In this document: positions 37,069-48,045 of the stretch, in pieces | How positions within the stretch are numbered: the stretch's first letter is position 1 | How the letters are laid out: the number at the start of each line of letters is the position of its first letter | NCBI GenBank assembly: GCA_035084275.1 | Contig: CM068743.1 | Location: 20,460,001-20,524,000 of the forward strand | Length of the DNA stretch: 64,000 nt | Direction: 5' to 3' | Origin: Hydrolagus colliei | Lineage: Eukaryota | Notes under the pieces: model-generated | Seen by the model: only the letters and a program-made list of their open reading frames with translations | What the model was told of the DNA's origin: nothing | The model's database searches: none | Program-made: the position numbers and the translations under genes

Positions 37069-37752
37069 ACAACAACAACAACAACAATTTACATTTATAG
37101 AGCGCCTTTCACGTCGGGAGGACGTCCCAAGGCGCTGAACAAGAGGCGTGTGACCCGAGCTGGGGGGGAGTGTTTGGGAAGGGGTGAAACACGAAGGGGA
37201 GGTAAAAGAGTTCGGGGTGGAACAAAAGGCCCGATCGAAGAGGAAAGTCTTCAAACCGGCCTTGAAAGAGGAAAGGGAAGAGGCGAAATGGAGGGATTGA
37301 GGGATGGCATTCCATAAGGTGGGAGCGGAGAAACTGAAGGCCCGGCCTCCGATGGTGGGGCGGTTCGGGCGGGGGGCTTGGAGCAGGCCAAGTCCTGTTG
37401 AACGGAGGGTCCGGGTGGGCGTGTAGGGGGAGAGTAGATCCATTAGGTAGGATGGGGCAAGGCCGTGTAAGGCCTTGTAGGTGAGGACGAGGATCTTAAA
37501 CTCGATCCTCTGGAGGATGGGGAGCCAGTGGAAACGGGCGAGGGTGGGGGTTATGTGGTCACGGAGGCGGGTGCGGGATAGTACACGGGCTGCAGAGTTT
37601 TGGATGGCATGCAGCCTATGAATGGAGGAACTGGGGAGGCCGACTAGGAGAGAATTTCCGTAATCCAGCCGTGAGGTGACGTAAGCATGCACAAGTGTTT
37701 CGGCAGCACGGGGGGTAAGATAATTACGGAGCCTGGCAATGTTGCGCAGATG
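37069..37752 (-). mobile_element. Young 5'-truncated L2 LINE
   Basis: Open frame HLRNIARLR..LVHAYVTSRLDYGNSLL..QNSAARV..HWLP..FKILVLTYKALHGLAPSYL..GGRAFS..KTFLF; intact 3' stem-loop at 37101-37136; (AAC)n tail. Confidence 0.97.
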
Positions 37753-38339
37753 ACTAATCATAATCTTTGATATAGCGCCTTATCACGTCATTGAGCTGTC
37801 ACTTCACTGAATATATTGTAAAGTGGATTTACTTTATTTTGTGGGAAACCACACCAAATAGTTTTTTTGGTTGGAGGATTAATAATATAATTATCATAAT
37901 ACACACTTATACTGCTTCTTTCACATTGTGAAATGTCTGAAAGAGCTTTACAGAGATGGTACAGGAATTGATGGGCTGGGGGTAGGGAATTTGATGGGAT
38001 GGGGTAGGCGGCTGAATGGGAAAGTGGTGGTGGGTGGACACAAGCCCAAACAGACTCAGAAGCTAAAAAGATTGACAGGTGTTTGAAAGAACAATTGCTA
38101 GATCAAAGGTACAGTAGTTCTGGCCCTTCCCCTTTGAAGTAGATTTGGAACTTTGGAAGTTTTTAAGAGTCTAAAACTTTACAAACCTGGATATAGATAT
38201 ACCAGTAGAGGCTGTATGTTTATAAATCAGTTTTGATCCATATAAATAAATGGGTTAGTTATAAACTTGATGCTCTGCAGTGGCTGGAATCCTCTGGCCA
38301 TTATATCCCATTATATCAAACTTAAAAGGGAATAATTGT

Positions 38340-38640
38340 TATACTAAAAGGCTGTTTAGACCTATTTATATATGCAAATTAGGTTAATAAGAAAAATGTC
38401 TTGTATCAAAAAGGGGGAGGTGTAATTAGTTACGCCGTATGAATGAATTGTGCTAATGATAATTTACATATGCAAATGAGGTTAATTAGAAAACTTTTGT
38501 AAACTGAAACAGTGATTCCAACAAAGCTGACGGTATAATTATACCTCTACATATTAATACATTAAGCTAATTTGATCCCATTTGCATATGTAGGTTAAGT
38601 TGATTACAAAATAGTATTTTCCCCTGTAATTTAAAAAGCA
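38340..38640. promoter_or_regulatory. Candidate enhancer or conserved non-coding element with three octamer (POU) sites
   Basis: ATGCAAAT at 38372 and 38470 and ATTTGCAT at 38580, each followed within a few bases by AGGTTAA; many TAAT cores; no recognisable repeat. Confidence 0.55.
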
Positions 38641-39329
38641 CAATCATGTCTGTCAGACTGGCACAATGCCATGGCATTTTTGTGTGTTAAGCACTGCCTT
38701 TGACAACCATCAAGATGCCCTCAAAAGATCTGGGGTCTTCGACATAACAGTGTTGAAGCCTGTAAAACAGCAGCATTGGCCTGTACTCTGGCAAAGTCTT
38801 TCAAGTCTGGCTCAGGCAACATTTTTCTGTGTGATTTTTAATCTGAAGCCATTGAAAAGACACCACGAGCTCTATATTTATTTCCAGGCACAGCATGCTT
38901 ACACAGATTTAATGACTTCAGCTTGTAACGCAGATGTGATTGGGCAAACTGCCACCATGTGATCTGCTGTAAGATTGTTTTTCAAGGTGCAGCTGCAGTA
39001 CTGCTGTTTCCTGCTCTTGCAACAGCCCAGGACACAAATGTTATAGATTGATGATAGCAACATCCTGCCACCTGATAGGATTCAGAAAGAGAGCGAGAGA
39101 ACACACACTGAAACTCATCTTCCTCCAGGACACCACACACTGAAACCCTATGGAACGCTCAGTGGGAAAAGGAGCCTGATGTGTTGCGGTTAGCTTGGAA
39201 AAAAAATCACCCGGTTTCCATCCACTCCTTCTAAACAGTCGGGCACTCAGAGGAGGGGCAGGTCTGAGTGCAGTTCCTAAGACTCCCTCCATGCTATTTC
39301 ACATGGTTTCACAAAACAGAAACCCTGTG

Positions 39330-39720
39330 AAGTCCCTGCTGCTTACTCAGTAAATATGTTGGTCACTGTTGGTCTTGAGCCATACAGCCCACGAAGGTCA
39401 CAGGTTAGACCACACTGAACGGTGAATTAGCTGATCTCGACTGCTGTCAGTTGGTGTGCTGTGATTGTTTTATGTACCTCTGGTGAAGGAAATTAAAAAT
39501 CAGACTGGGATTTTGATTACTATGTAGTGCTCCTGCTGGAAAGTACACATGTTTTGACCAAGACAGGTTTGACTGCGATGCTCTATGCAGTTAAGAACTT
39601 GACTGTAATCTTCTATCTCACACATGAAGACATGAAGAGTGCCGTGTGGATAGAATCTGTGTCACTATACTCCAGCACAAGTCTGCACCTGTGGAGAATA
39701 AGTAAGAAATAAGTGAGGGG
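39330..39720 (+). mobile_element. Ancient tRNA-like SINE, same family as 12980
   Basis: 'ggtgaattagctgatctc..ggtgtgctgtgattg..ctcctgctggaaagt..ctcacacatgaaga'. Confidence 0.55.
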
Positions 39721-40324
39721 TGGTGGGTGGGAGAGAGAGAGAGAGAGAGAAAAAGGAGAGACGATTGTCTCTATTTCTTCGGCAATATGAAACACAAAGT
39801 AAATGTATCGCTAAAGGTTAAAAATGAGGGAGATTGATAGTAAAACATGTCTACATTGACGAGGCTCTGACGGTGAAGCCATCATGTCTTTTTCAGCAGG
39901 TATGTTTACACCTGTTCACTTTTAAGCAAACCATTAACAATTGAATCAGCTCATAGAAAGACTTCTCGATGCTGCAGACTTGAACAATGCTCCTCCAAAT
40001 GATGGCAGATTTGTAGCTTCCTAAATGGCAATTGGAAATCACATAAATATTAGTGTACTAAACTCTAAGGCCAATGTAACATTGCAACAGATGAGTATTA
40101 GATTTTGGGGTGGTGAGACCTATTTAACACATACAATGTGATTCAGTTCGCAAGAAATTTGGAAATTCATCTTGGGCTACAATGTCCAGAGAAATGTGCC
40201 CCAGGATTCCAATACCCAGAAGGGATGGTACTGTTCCTTTTTATGCAATACAATACAAAAGCAGTTGCAACGTATATTTTTCCACTGTAACCACCAGGAA
40301 TTTGTTTCCCAACGTTTCACCGCC

Positions 40325-40435
40325 AGATGTGGCCAGCCCACATATATATAGTCAATTCACTTTACAGTATATTCTGTGAAGCGCTTTGAGACGTCTAGAA
40401 GACGTGTTTTAAGTGCAAGGATTATTATTATTACT
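40325..40435 (+). mobile_element. SINE 3' fragment
   Basis: 'gtgaagcgctttgagacgtctagaagacgtg..gcaaggattattattatt'. Confidence 0.85.
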
Positions 40436-40754
40436 ATTGGTAAATTAATTGGATATGGTAACATTGGAGTTTTTTTATATCAATATTTGGTCTTTTTATT
40501 AGAAGTTTTATTTGTGTTTGTGTGTGTCTATGTGGTTACAATTAAATAGAGGAAGGGTTTTTGGTGTTGTCAGTGGCCACCTTGCTAAGAGGATATAGAG
40601 TCTCCACAGACCTCCTCGTTTCCTCTGTGTTCCAGCAAAGTAAACTTTTAGTTTGGCATCACGTTACGTTCCCAATTTTCATAATGACTGATTTTACTAA
40701 GATATAGTATAAAACACCCAATCTGAACATATTATTGATATTGGCTCTTTTATT

Positions 40755-41340
40755 ACACTAACTTGCATTGATATAGTGCCCTCCAAGCTTGGCAGCATCT
40801 CAGAGCGCTTTACAATGAGGGAGGGAGTTCCAAAGTTTTAGGGCGTAGTGGCTGAAAGCATGGCCGCCAATGATGAAGTGGAGAATTCAGGAGACAAGGA
40901 GGCCGGACCCAGTGGGGAGCGGGTACTGCTATGAAGAGAGGAGGTTAGAGAGCTAGGGGGCTGCAGAAGAATGGAGGGATTTAAATGCAAGAGTGAGGAT
41001 CTTGAAGTTGATCCACTCTGTGACATGGAGCCAGTGGAATTTGGCAAGGACTGGGTTAATCAGGGTATGAAGTTTGGTGCGGGTAGAATGCGGGCAGCAG
41101 AGTTTTGTATGAGCTGAATTTTGTGGATGGTGGAGGAGGGGAGACGGCGAAGAGGCTGTTAGAGTAGTCCAGCAAAGAGGTGACAATGGCATGGACCAGG
41201 GTTTCGACAGCAGTTGGGTAGAGATATTGGCAGAGATGGGCAATATGGCAGAGGTAGAAGAAAGTGGTGCTGGTGAGGGACCGGATGTGGGGATGGAAGG
41301 ATAACTGGGGATTAAACTGACTCCTAAAATGAGCATAGGA
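40755..41340 (-). mobile_element. L2 3' fragment
   Basis: Minus-strand ETLVHAIVTSLLDYSNSL and PVLAKFHWLHVTEWINFKIL. Confidence 0.88.
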
Positions 41341-41374
41341 CATTTGAGGCCTTTTTTTCATATCTCTTGGTAAC

Positions 41375-41890
41375 CACAACTTGCAATTATATAGCGCCCC
41401 TCACCCAGGGTAGTGTCCAAGAGGGTATGACAATGGCAGAGCATGATGAGGAGGGGAGAGGTGACCATGAGCACAGTTGGAAGAGGAAGGTCTTCAGGCC
41501 CGACCTGCAGGTGAGAAAGGAAGGGGTAAGGTGGATGGATAGAGGAAGAGTATTCCAGACTCTTTTGGGACGTACTGGCTACTGTTGGTGGAACGTATGG
41601 CATAAGGGACAAGCTGGAGGCTGAAGACAGTCCAGCAGAGGCAGCGAATAAAGGGTTAGGGGGTAAGCAGGTTGGGGAGGGAGGTGCCAAGGCATGAAGG
41701 TATTTGAAAGAGTGTGCAGATATTAAAATTGATCCGTTGGACCATAGGGAGCCTATCGAGCTAGAACTGGTGTGATGGGGGTATGGAGTTTAGTACGGGT
41801 TCGTATGCGAGCGGTGAAGTTTTGGTGCAGCTGGCTTTTGTGGATGGTAGACCTTGGGAGACCAGCGAGGAGGGTATTTAAGTAGTAACC
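41375..41890 (-). mobile_element. Second L2 3' fragment
   Basis: Tail 'acaacttgcaattatatagcgcc' and 'ggaagaggaaggtcttcaggcc' (KTFLF reversed). Confidence 0.8.
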
Positions 41891-42578
41891 TTATTCGCCA
41901 AGTATGTATTGATCTTTATTCTAAACATCCCAGTTGATTCCAATTCTACCACTTCTCTTAAAGTGCATTCCCTGTTCGCCAACCTTTTTGTGAGATCAAA
42001 TGTTTTCGGCTCTCATTTCTAACCAGCTTAATTTAAATTTCACTAAAATATCTTTCTTTTGGATTCCCCTACAACTGGGAAGACATGTTCTCCACCCAAC
42101 TTGTCTATTTCCTTCAATGAGGTAAACAAGAGTATTTTTTAAATAAAAACTTAATTAACAACCAAATGCATTATTTAATCTATTACAAAGTGTCACATTT
42201 TTCAAACTTGGAAGATAGGCTTTGAGTGCAAATCTCCCCCATAACTGCTGTGCAATTGTTGGATCCAAAACCATTTTCGGGTGGTTAAGTGTCACTTCAT
42301 GGGATACCTGTTAAGTTGGAATCACCTAAAGTTATACTGAAACTATGTGATCGAAAACAGCAACATGGAAGCATAAAAATCTCCTGGCTGAACTGTGACT
42401 TCCTCATCACTGAGAGCATGGAGGAAACTTCGAAGAAATATTCAAAAAAAAGGTCAGTGGAAGGTTTTGTAAAGTGGGGTTGGAGTTGAAAAGGTAAAGG
42501 GAGAGAGACCGTGAAGCGATTTGAAGACAAAGAAAGGGATCATTGTCTTTCTCTCTAGCGTTCAATGATTATTATTAT

Positions 42579-42896
42579 GGAGTCCTGTAGCTCAGTACAA
42601 TGGTTAGAGCACTCACCTCACAGAGACCTGGGTTCGATTCCCAGCAGGGTGAAATCTTTGGCAAGTTACCTTACTTCAAATGGCTGATAATAATAAACAC
42701 AATCATAAATTGGTTATGTCAATCCACAACTGTAGGACACTGCTGTGCGCATTTGGCTGCCGTGTTTCGCCCACAAATACAATCAATTCACTTTACAATA
42801 TATTCTGTGATACGCTTTGAGACGTCTTCTTTGAGAAGAAGTAAAAAGTGCTATATCAATGCAAGGATTATTATTATTATTATTATTATTATTATT
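42579..42896 (+). mobile_element. Full-length tRNA-Ala-like SINE
   Basis: 'ggagtcctgtagctcagt..ggttagagcac..gggttcgattccc' through to a long (ATT)n tail. Confidence 0.93.
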
Positions 42897-43319
42897 TTTA
42901 CTGCAATGTCAGGGCGGGGGCAAGGGCTCCTGCTCAACATAAATTTTCAAAGATGTGTAGAAACTGAAGTCTTTCTTGACAGATTCAGTAATAATAATCC
43001 TTGCATTTGATGTAGTGCCTTGACAGGAGGAGAGCTTACTGATCTTATGATCTTATGCTTTATGAGGGCTGTCCAGGCTCACTCATGAGGAATGTGGTCA
43101 CTTGGTTGAGTTACTGGAGACTGCCTGGTGTCTGTGGAACCATAACCACAGCATTGAGTCTGACACCTTCAAGGGAGCAGAAAATTGGTTTTGAAAAAAA
43201 AATGAAAATAAATTGTTGGTCAAGAAGCCTGCTAAAGGAATATGGCATGTAGTCGCTGGAGCTCAGAGAGTGCTATCGCCTTTTTGACCTTCATGCCTTC
43301 AGACATCCTCCTACCCGCT

Positions 43320-43987
43320 AACTGGGAACTACAGGCCAGTCAGTCTAACGTCTGGCCAATCTAACATCGGTATTGGGCAAACTTCTAGAGTCTATAATCA
43401 GGGACAAGATAGATCTTCACTTAGAAAGATATAGGCTAATAAAGGACAGCCAGCATGGATTTGTTAAAGGCAAATCTTGCCTTACAAATCTGATAGAATT
43501 TTTTGAAGAGGTAACAAAATAGGTGGATGGGGATAGCACAGTTGATGTAGTTTACATGGACTTTCAAAAGGCATTTGACAAAGTGCCGCATGAGAGGCTT
43601 ATTGGGAAAGTAGAGGCTGATGGCATTAAAGGGACAGTGGCAGCATGGATCCACAACTGGCTGTGAGAGAGAAAGCAGAGAGTGACTCGTGGTCACAGAT
43701 TTAAAATAGTTTCAAAACGAAGCGGAGGGGAGCTGAGGAGAATTTTTTTCACTAAGCAGGTTGTTCAAATCTGGAATGTGTTGCCTGAAAAGGTGGTGAA
43801 GGCCGATCCAATAACAGCATTTAAAAGAGAATTAGATCTTTATTTAGGGAAAACAGGTCTGTTAGGTTATGGGGAGAGAGCGGGGCAGTGGGATTGAGTT
43901 GCTCTTTTCAAAGAGCCGGCATAGACTAGATGGGCCGATTGGCCTCCGTTTTGTGCCGTAAAATTCTATGATTCTATGAATCTATGA
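43320..43987 (+). mobile_element. CR1 copy of the same family as 7269-8551, internally deleted
   Basis: GNYRPVSLTS..GKLLESIIRDKI..QHGFVKGKSC; junction near 43683 lacks 759 bp relative to the first copy; 'ttctatgattctatgaatctatga' tail. Confidence 0.95.
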
Positions 43988-44631
43988 TACCCCTAGTCTC
44001 CCCTTCATCCCTCCTGATCCCAACCACCAGCTCAGGTGCAGATCCCTGACTGTCCATCGCATTGGACCCAAAAAGGTGCTGCATAAATATGATTTGTTGT
44101 TGCTGCTGCTAGCTTCAGATATCTTGGATAGCCCAAGCCTAGTGCCCACTGTATTTGGGTCTGACTCGGATATAATGCAGGCCAGCATTGAAGGGTTCTT
44201 ATGCAGTAATTATTTCCAAAGCAAACTATGACTAACCAGAACCTCGCAACTTTCTGTGTGTTCCTGATTGGATTGCTTTGCCTGGTTCACGGAAATGCTG
44301 AACTTGGGTTCATTCTGTTTGGTTTGGAAGACGTTGTGATAGACGTTTGCTGACTCTTAATGCCTTTCATGTATCAGACACTTATTATTCGTGCCACAAA
44401 TCCAGCCTTTAGTTGCTGCCACTCATTATACAATACACATGAGAAACTTACAATGCAATTCGTATGATATCACTTGTGTGGTCTGCAGACTGTGGGAATA
44501 AAATTTACTTTCCAGCAGTAATATCTCTTCACTTTTCAGTTCCATTTCTCACTCTTAAAGGGGCAGTCTCACCAAGACTGTACATTCTTATAAACAGAGG
44601 AGATGGGATGATGCAGGTGATAGTACAGTTG

Positions 44632-44760
44632 TTCTGACGAAGGGTCGTGGACTCAAAACGTTGACTCACTTTTTCTTTCTCCATAGATGCTGCCTGACCT
44701 GAATGTTCCCAGCGATATCTGATTTTGTTTCAGATTTCCAGCATCTGCCGTATTTTGTGT
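44632..44760 (+). mobile_element. Penelope-type terminal repeat with a hammerhead-like motif
   Basis: 'ctgacgaagggtcgtggactcaaaacgttg..ccatagatgctgcctgacctg..ttcagatttccagcatctgc'. Confidence 0.7.
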
Positions 44761-44989
44761 TTTTTTTTGTGCTGCAGTTCACTCCTGGTACAATAGCACC
44801 AACCATTATTTGATGCCACATGTTCGTTTTTTTTAGTCGCCTCAAAGTACTGTCATTTGTTTTGCTCATCAAGATGAGGGGTGTAGGACATAGGATTTTA
44901 ATATAGTGCAAGCCAGATATTGGGCCTTAGATGAATATTCCCTCAGGTGCAGCTTTCCCACATTAGCTATCTTCTGATCTGCTCTACAG

Positions 44990-46191
44990 TAGGGTCCGGC
45001 GATATATCGGTTATATCCAATATAATTTTCATATCGATATGCCGATATAGGCATTTCGAAAATATCGATATATCGAAAAAGTCGGTATATCGAAAAAATC
45101 GGAATGCGCGCAGACTGAAATACAAGACCCAGAATGCTCATCTCTATACACAATGCACAGACCGAGGTGCACGCCGCCATATTATATTCATAGTCCTCGA
45201 ATACAATATACAGGTATACAAGGGGTGGGGGAGGGGAGAGAGACGGCTAAGGGGGTGGGGGATAGATGGTGGGGTGGGGAGGGGAGAGAGGGACGGCGGC
45301 GGGGGGGGAGAGAGGGACGGTGGCGGGGGGGAGAGAGGGGCGGGGGGGGAGAGAGGGATGGTGGTGGGGGGAGAGAGGGATGGCGGCGGGGGGGTGGAGG
45401 GAGAGAGGGACGGCGGCGGGGGGGAGAGAGGGACGGTGGTGGGGTGGGGGGAGAGAGAGACGGCGGCGGGGGGGAGAGGGGGATGGTGGCAGGGGTGGGG
45501 GTAGAGAGGGACGGCGGTGGGGTGGGGGTAGAGAGGGACGGCGGCGGGGGTGGGGTGGGGGGAGAGAGGGACGGCGGCGGGGGTGGGGTGGGGGGAGAGA
45601 GGGACGGCGGCGGGGGTGGGGTGGGGGGAGAGAGGGACGGCGGTGGGGTGGGGGGAGAGAGAGACGGCGGCGGGGGGGAGAGGGGGATGGTGGCAGGGGT
45701 GGGGGGAGAGAGGGACGGCGGCGGGGGTGGGGTGGGGGGAGAGAGGGACGGCGGCGGGGGGGAGAGGCGGACGGTGGCGGGGGGTGGGGTGGGGGGAGAG
45801 AGGGACGGCGGCGGGTGGGAGAGAGGGACGGCGGGGGGGGGGGGGGGGACAGATGGTGGGGGTGATATGGGGGGGATGTGATAATATACAGATAGATAGG
45901 TAGATAGATAGAGATGGGGTGGGGTGTGACAGAGGAGAGAGACACAGACAGAAAAACACAGAGATGGAGAGAGTGAGTGTGAGAGACACAGAGAGAGGGA
46001 GATATTTACCTCCTGGGGAGATAGGTCCCGAATGTGCGCGCACCCCTGAATGCGCGTGCACCTCCAAATGCGCACGCACCTCCGAATGCGCACGCGCATG
46101 CGCAGTACGAAACCCCCGAAACTATCGATATATCTCAATATGAGCCCATCGATATATCTAAATCGTAAAATTTCCATATCGACGGACCCTA
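44990..46191 (-). mobile_element. hAT MITE copy 3 (reverse orientation)
   Basis: TIRs tagggtccggcgat / atcgacggacccta; perfect 8-bp TSD ctctacag (44982-44989, 46192-46199); G-rich minisatellite at about 45220-45880. Confidence 0.95.
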
Positions 46192-46289
46192 CTCTACAGA
46201 TTAGACTACAGTGTAGCCAAGTGTAAAGTGGTGAGTTTTGAATGTAGGAGCGATGGACGGAATAAAGTCTAAATCGGGTAGATGTAGAC

Positions 46290-46600
46290 CATATAACATT
46301 TGATATGGTGCCTTTCTTGTCAGGAGGATGTCTCACAGCAATTTACAGATTGACTGTAAAATGTAGTGACTGTGTACTTTGTAGGCAAGGTGGCAACCGT
46401 TTTGCACACAGGAATTTCCATGAACAATCATGAAGTGGATGACCAATTTTATGAGGTCAGGGCTGGATTGTTGACCATGAAACTGGTACCTCTCAACATT
46501 GTATTAGCGTCATCCACCGTGAATTCCAAGTCCTGATTTGGGTCTGCAACTCACAATCTGCTGACTAAGAGTTGAGAATGCTACCAACTGAGCCACTCTG
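46290..46600 (-). mobile_element. Degenerate Deu-type SINE
   Basis: 'ggcaaccgttttgcacacag..gaccaatt..aactcacaatctgctgact..gaatgctaccaactgagcca'. Confidence 0.65.
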
Positions 46601-46619
46601 GCACCCATTTAGGGTTAGA

Positions 46620-46945
46620 GGTGCATAAAAGAAGGTGCACACAAAGTAAACAAAAATGGAAACTGGATACTGGAATTTATTGTGGAACGTCTGTAATATG
46701 AAAACAAAGGCATGGAATTGCAGTTATACAACGCGCTGGACCTCATCTGGAATATTGTGTTCACTCTTGGGATGCCTATTAGAAGAACAATACACTGACC
46801 TCTGTAGATGGCAAGTCCCAGTAATGAATCATCAGTGTGATAGATGTTTGATGAAATCATCTAGCTATGCTGAGCGACTAGGGATACAAAGCTGAAAAAG
46901 TTGACGGATGGTCTTGATTGAAATCTTCAAGATAATTAAATCAAG
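46620..46945 (+). mobile_element. Old CR1 RT 3' fragment
   Basis: 'ttgcagttatacaacgcgctggacctcatctggaatattgtgttcac' is a decayed QLY..RPHLEYCV motif. Confidence 0.7.
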
Positions 46946-47564
46946 AGTGTGTGTTTTATGCACTTTTGTTTTGTCTGTTCAGCACAATAAAGAATCTGTA
47001 CAGACCTCTTCCAAAAACGATCCACTCAAGTATTTGAGGATAATTTATTGGTGGCCCAAAGTTTGCTTTGGAGTATCTTAAAAGGAATTCTTACTCACCA
47101 TTACCCATGCTGACAATCGCCTCACCCTCAAGTATTCATGGAAGAACATACTTCTATGTTAGTTAGCATTTTTAAAAATCCCTTTTATAGCTGAGTGGAA
47201 ACACATCTTTAAAATTATGAATGATTTTAATTGCAAGGAGCTGAAATCTCTTGAGCTGCCGACTGTGCTGCTGAGAGCTTTTTGTTATTTAATCCACTCC
47301 AAAGTCAAGTCAGATCACTCACCTCCCCAGCCAAGTAATCCATCTTTACACAGTACTCTGGCGTCCTCCCGACATAAAAGGCACTCTATAAACGTAATTT
47401 TGTTGTTGTTTCTTGTTGTTGGTGACCAGAACACAATGGACAATAATTATGTGTAGTAATCCTGCTTTGTAACCTGATTGGACACTATGGATTTGACCGT
47501 TTCAACTCTATATATGAACTCCACGGACTGAGCTATATCTGTATACATTTGAGCAACAATAAGG

Positions 47565-48045
47565 ATGGAATTGATCTAACTGGGCACTGTTCATGTGTAA
47601 TTTCAGGCATTTCGAGTTGGGACAAGGACCTGATTCTGTCTTCAGACAACCACACATACAATTTCCACCAGGGTTTCTGAGTTGCACCTGGGATGGAGAA
47701 CCCAGGCCTCTCCTTATCTCATTGGTGTTGATGACAATCACAACGCCACAGCTGCTGGCTGAGACCAGTACAGGTTCACAGACTCCATCCAATCTGTGAA
47801 CTTTTAATGATATTTCATCATTTGTGGTTTTCACAGCACATGTATTCAGATAACCCAAATCTGGAATTTCTGGCATCGAGTTTGCAGAGCAGGATTTGTC
47901 AGGAACCTCTCCACAACCAGAGTGCCCTCTTCTGCTGTGGTGTGCCCTTGGCAGCAGCATCTCGCAGCCAGAGTTTGGGCACATTCCAAGACCTGCGCAT
48001 AGTTGCACAAGCTGCCAAGGCATTCCTGCTTATCTGATTCTATTG
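47565..48045 (+). pseudogene. Probable PIF/Harbinger transposase fossil
   Basis: Collinear decayed motifs: GI..GTVH (47567), DSVFRQPHIQFP (47632), PYLIGVDD (47712), GFHSTCIQI (47826), GVP-GSS..ARVWAHS (47939), IPAYLI (48023). Confidence 0.5.

Noticed and set aside
37060-37240. L2 ORF2 read-through into a poly-Cys tail
   Set aside because: The C-rich 3' region is naturally poor in stops, and the related copy at 19347 stops within the hairpin; no evidence of function.
39884-39905. Short first coding exon ATG TCT TTT TCA GCA G|gtatgt
   Set aside because: Five codons and one donor are within chance expectation.
43670-43695. CR1 deletion explained by splicing
   Set aside because: The missing segment can start with GT but then ends in 'gaatct', not AG.
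47508-48023. 171-aa minus-strand ORF as a gene
   Set aside because: It has no recognisable domain, and the opposite strand is better explained as a transposase fossil.
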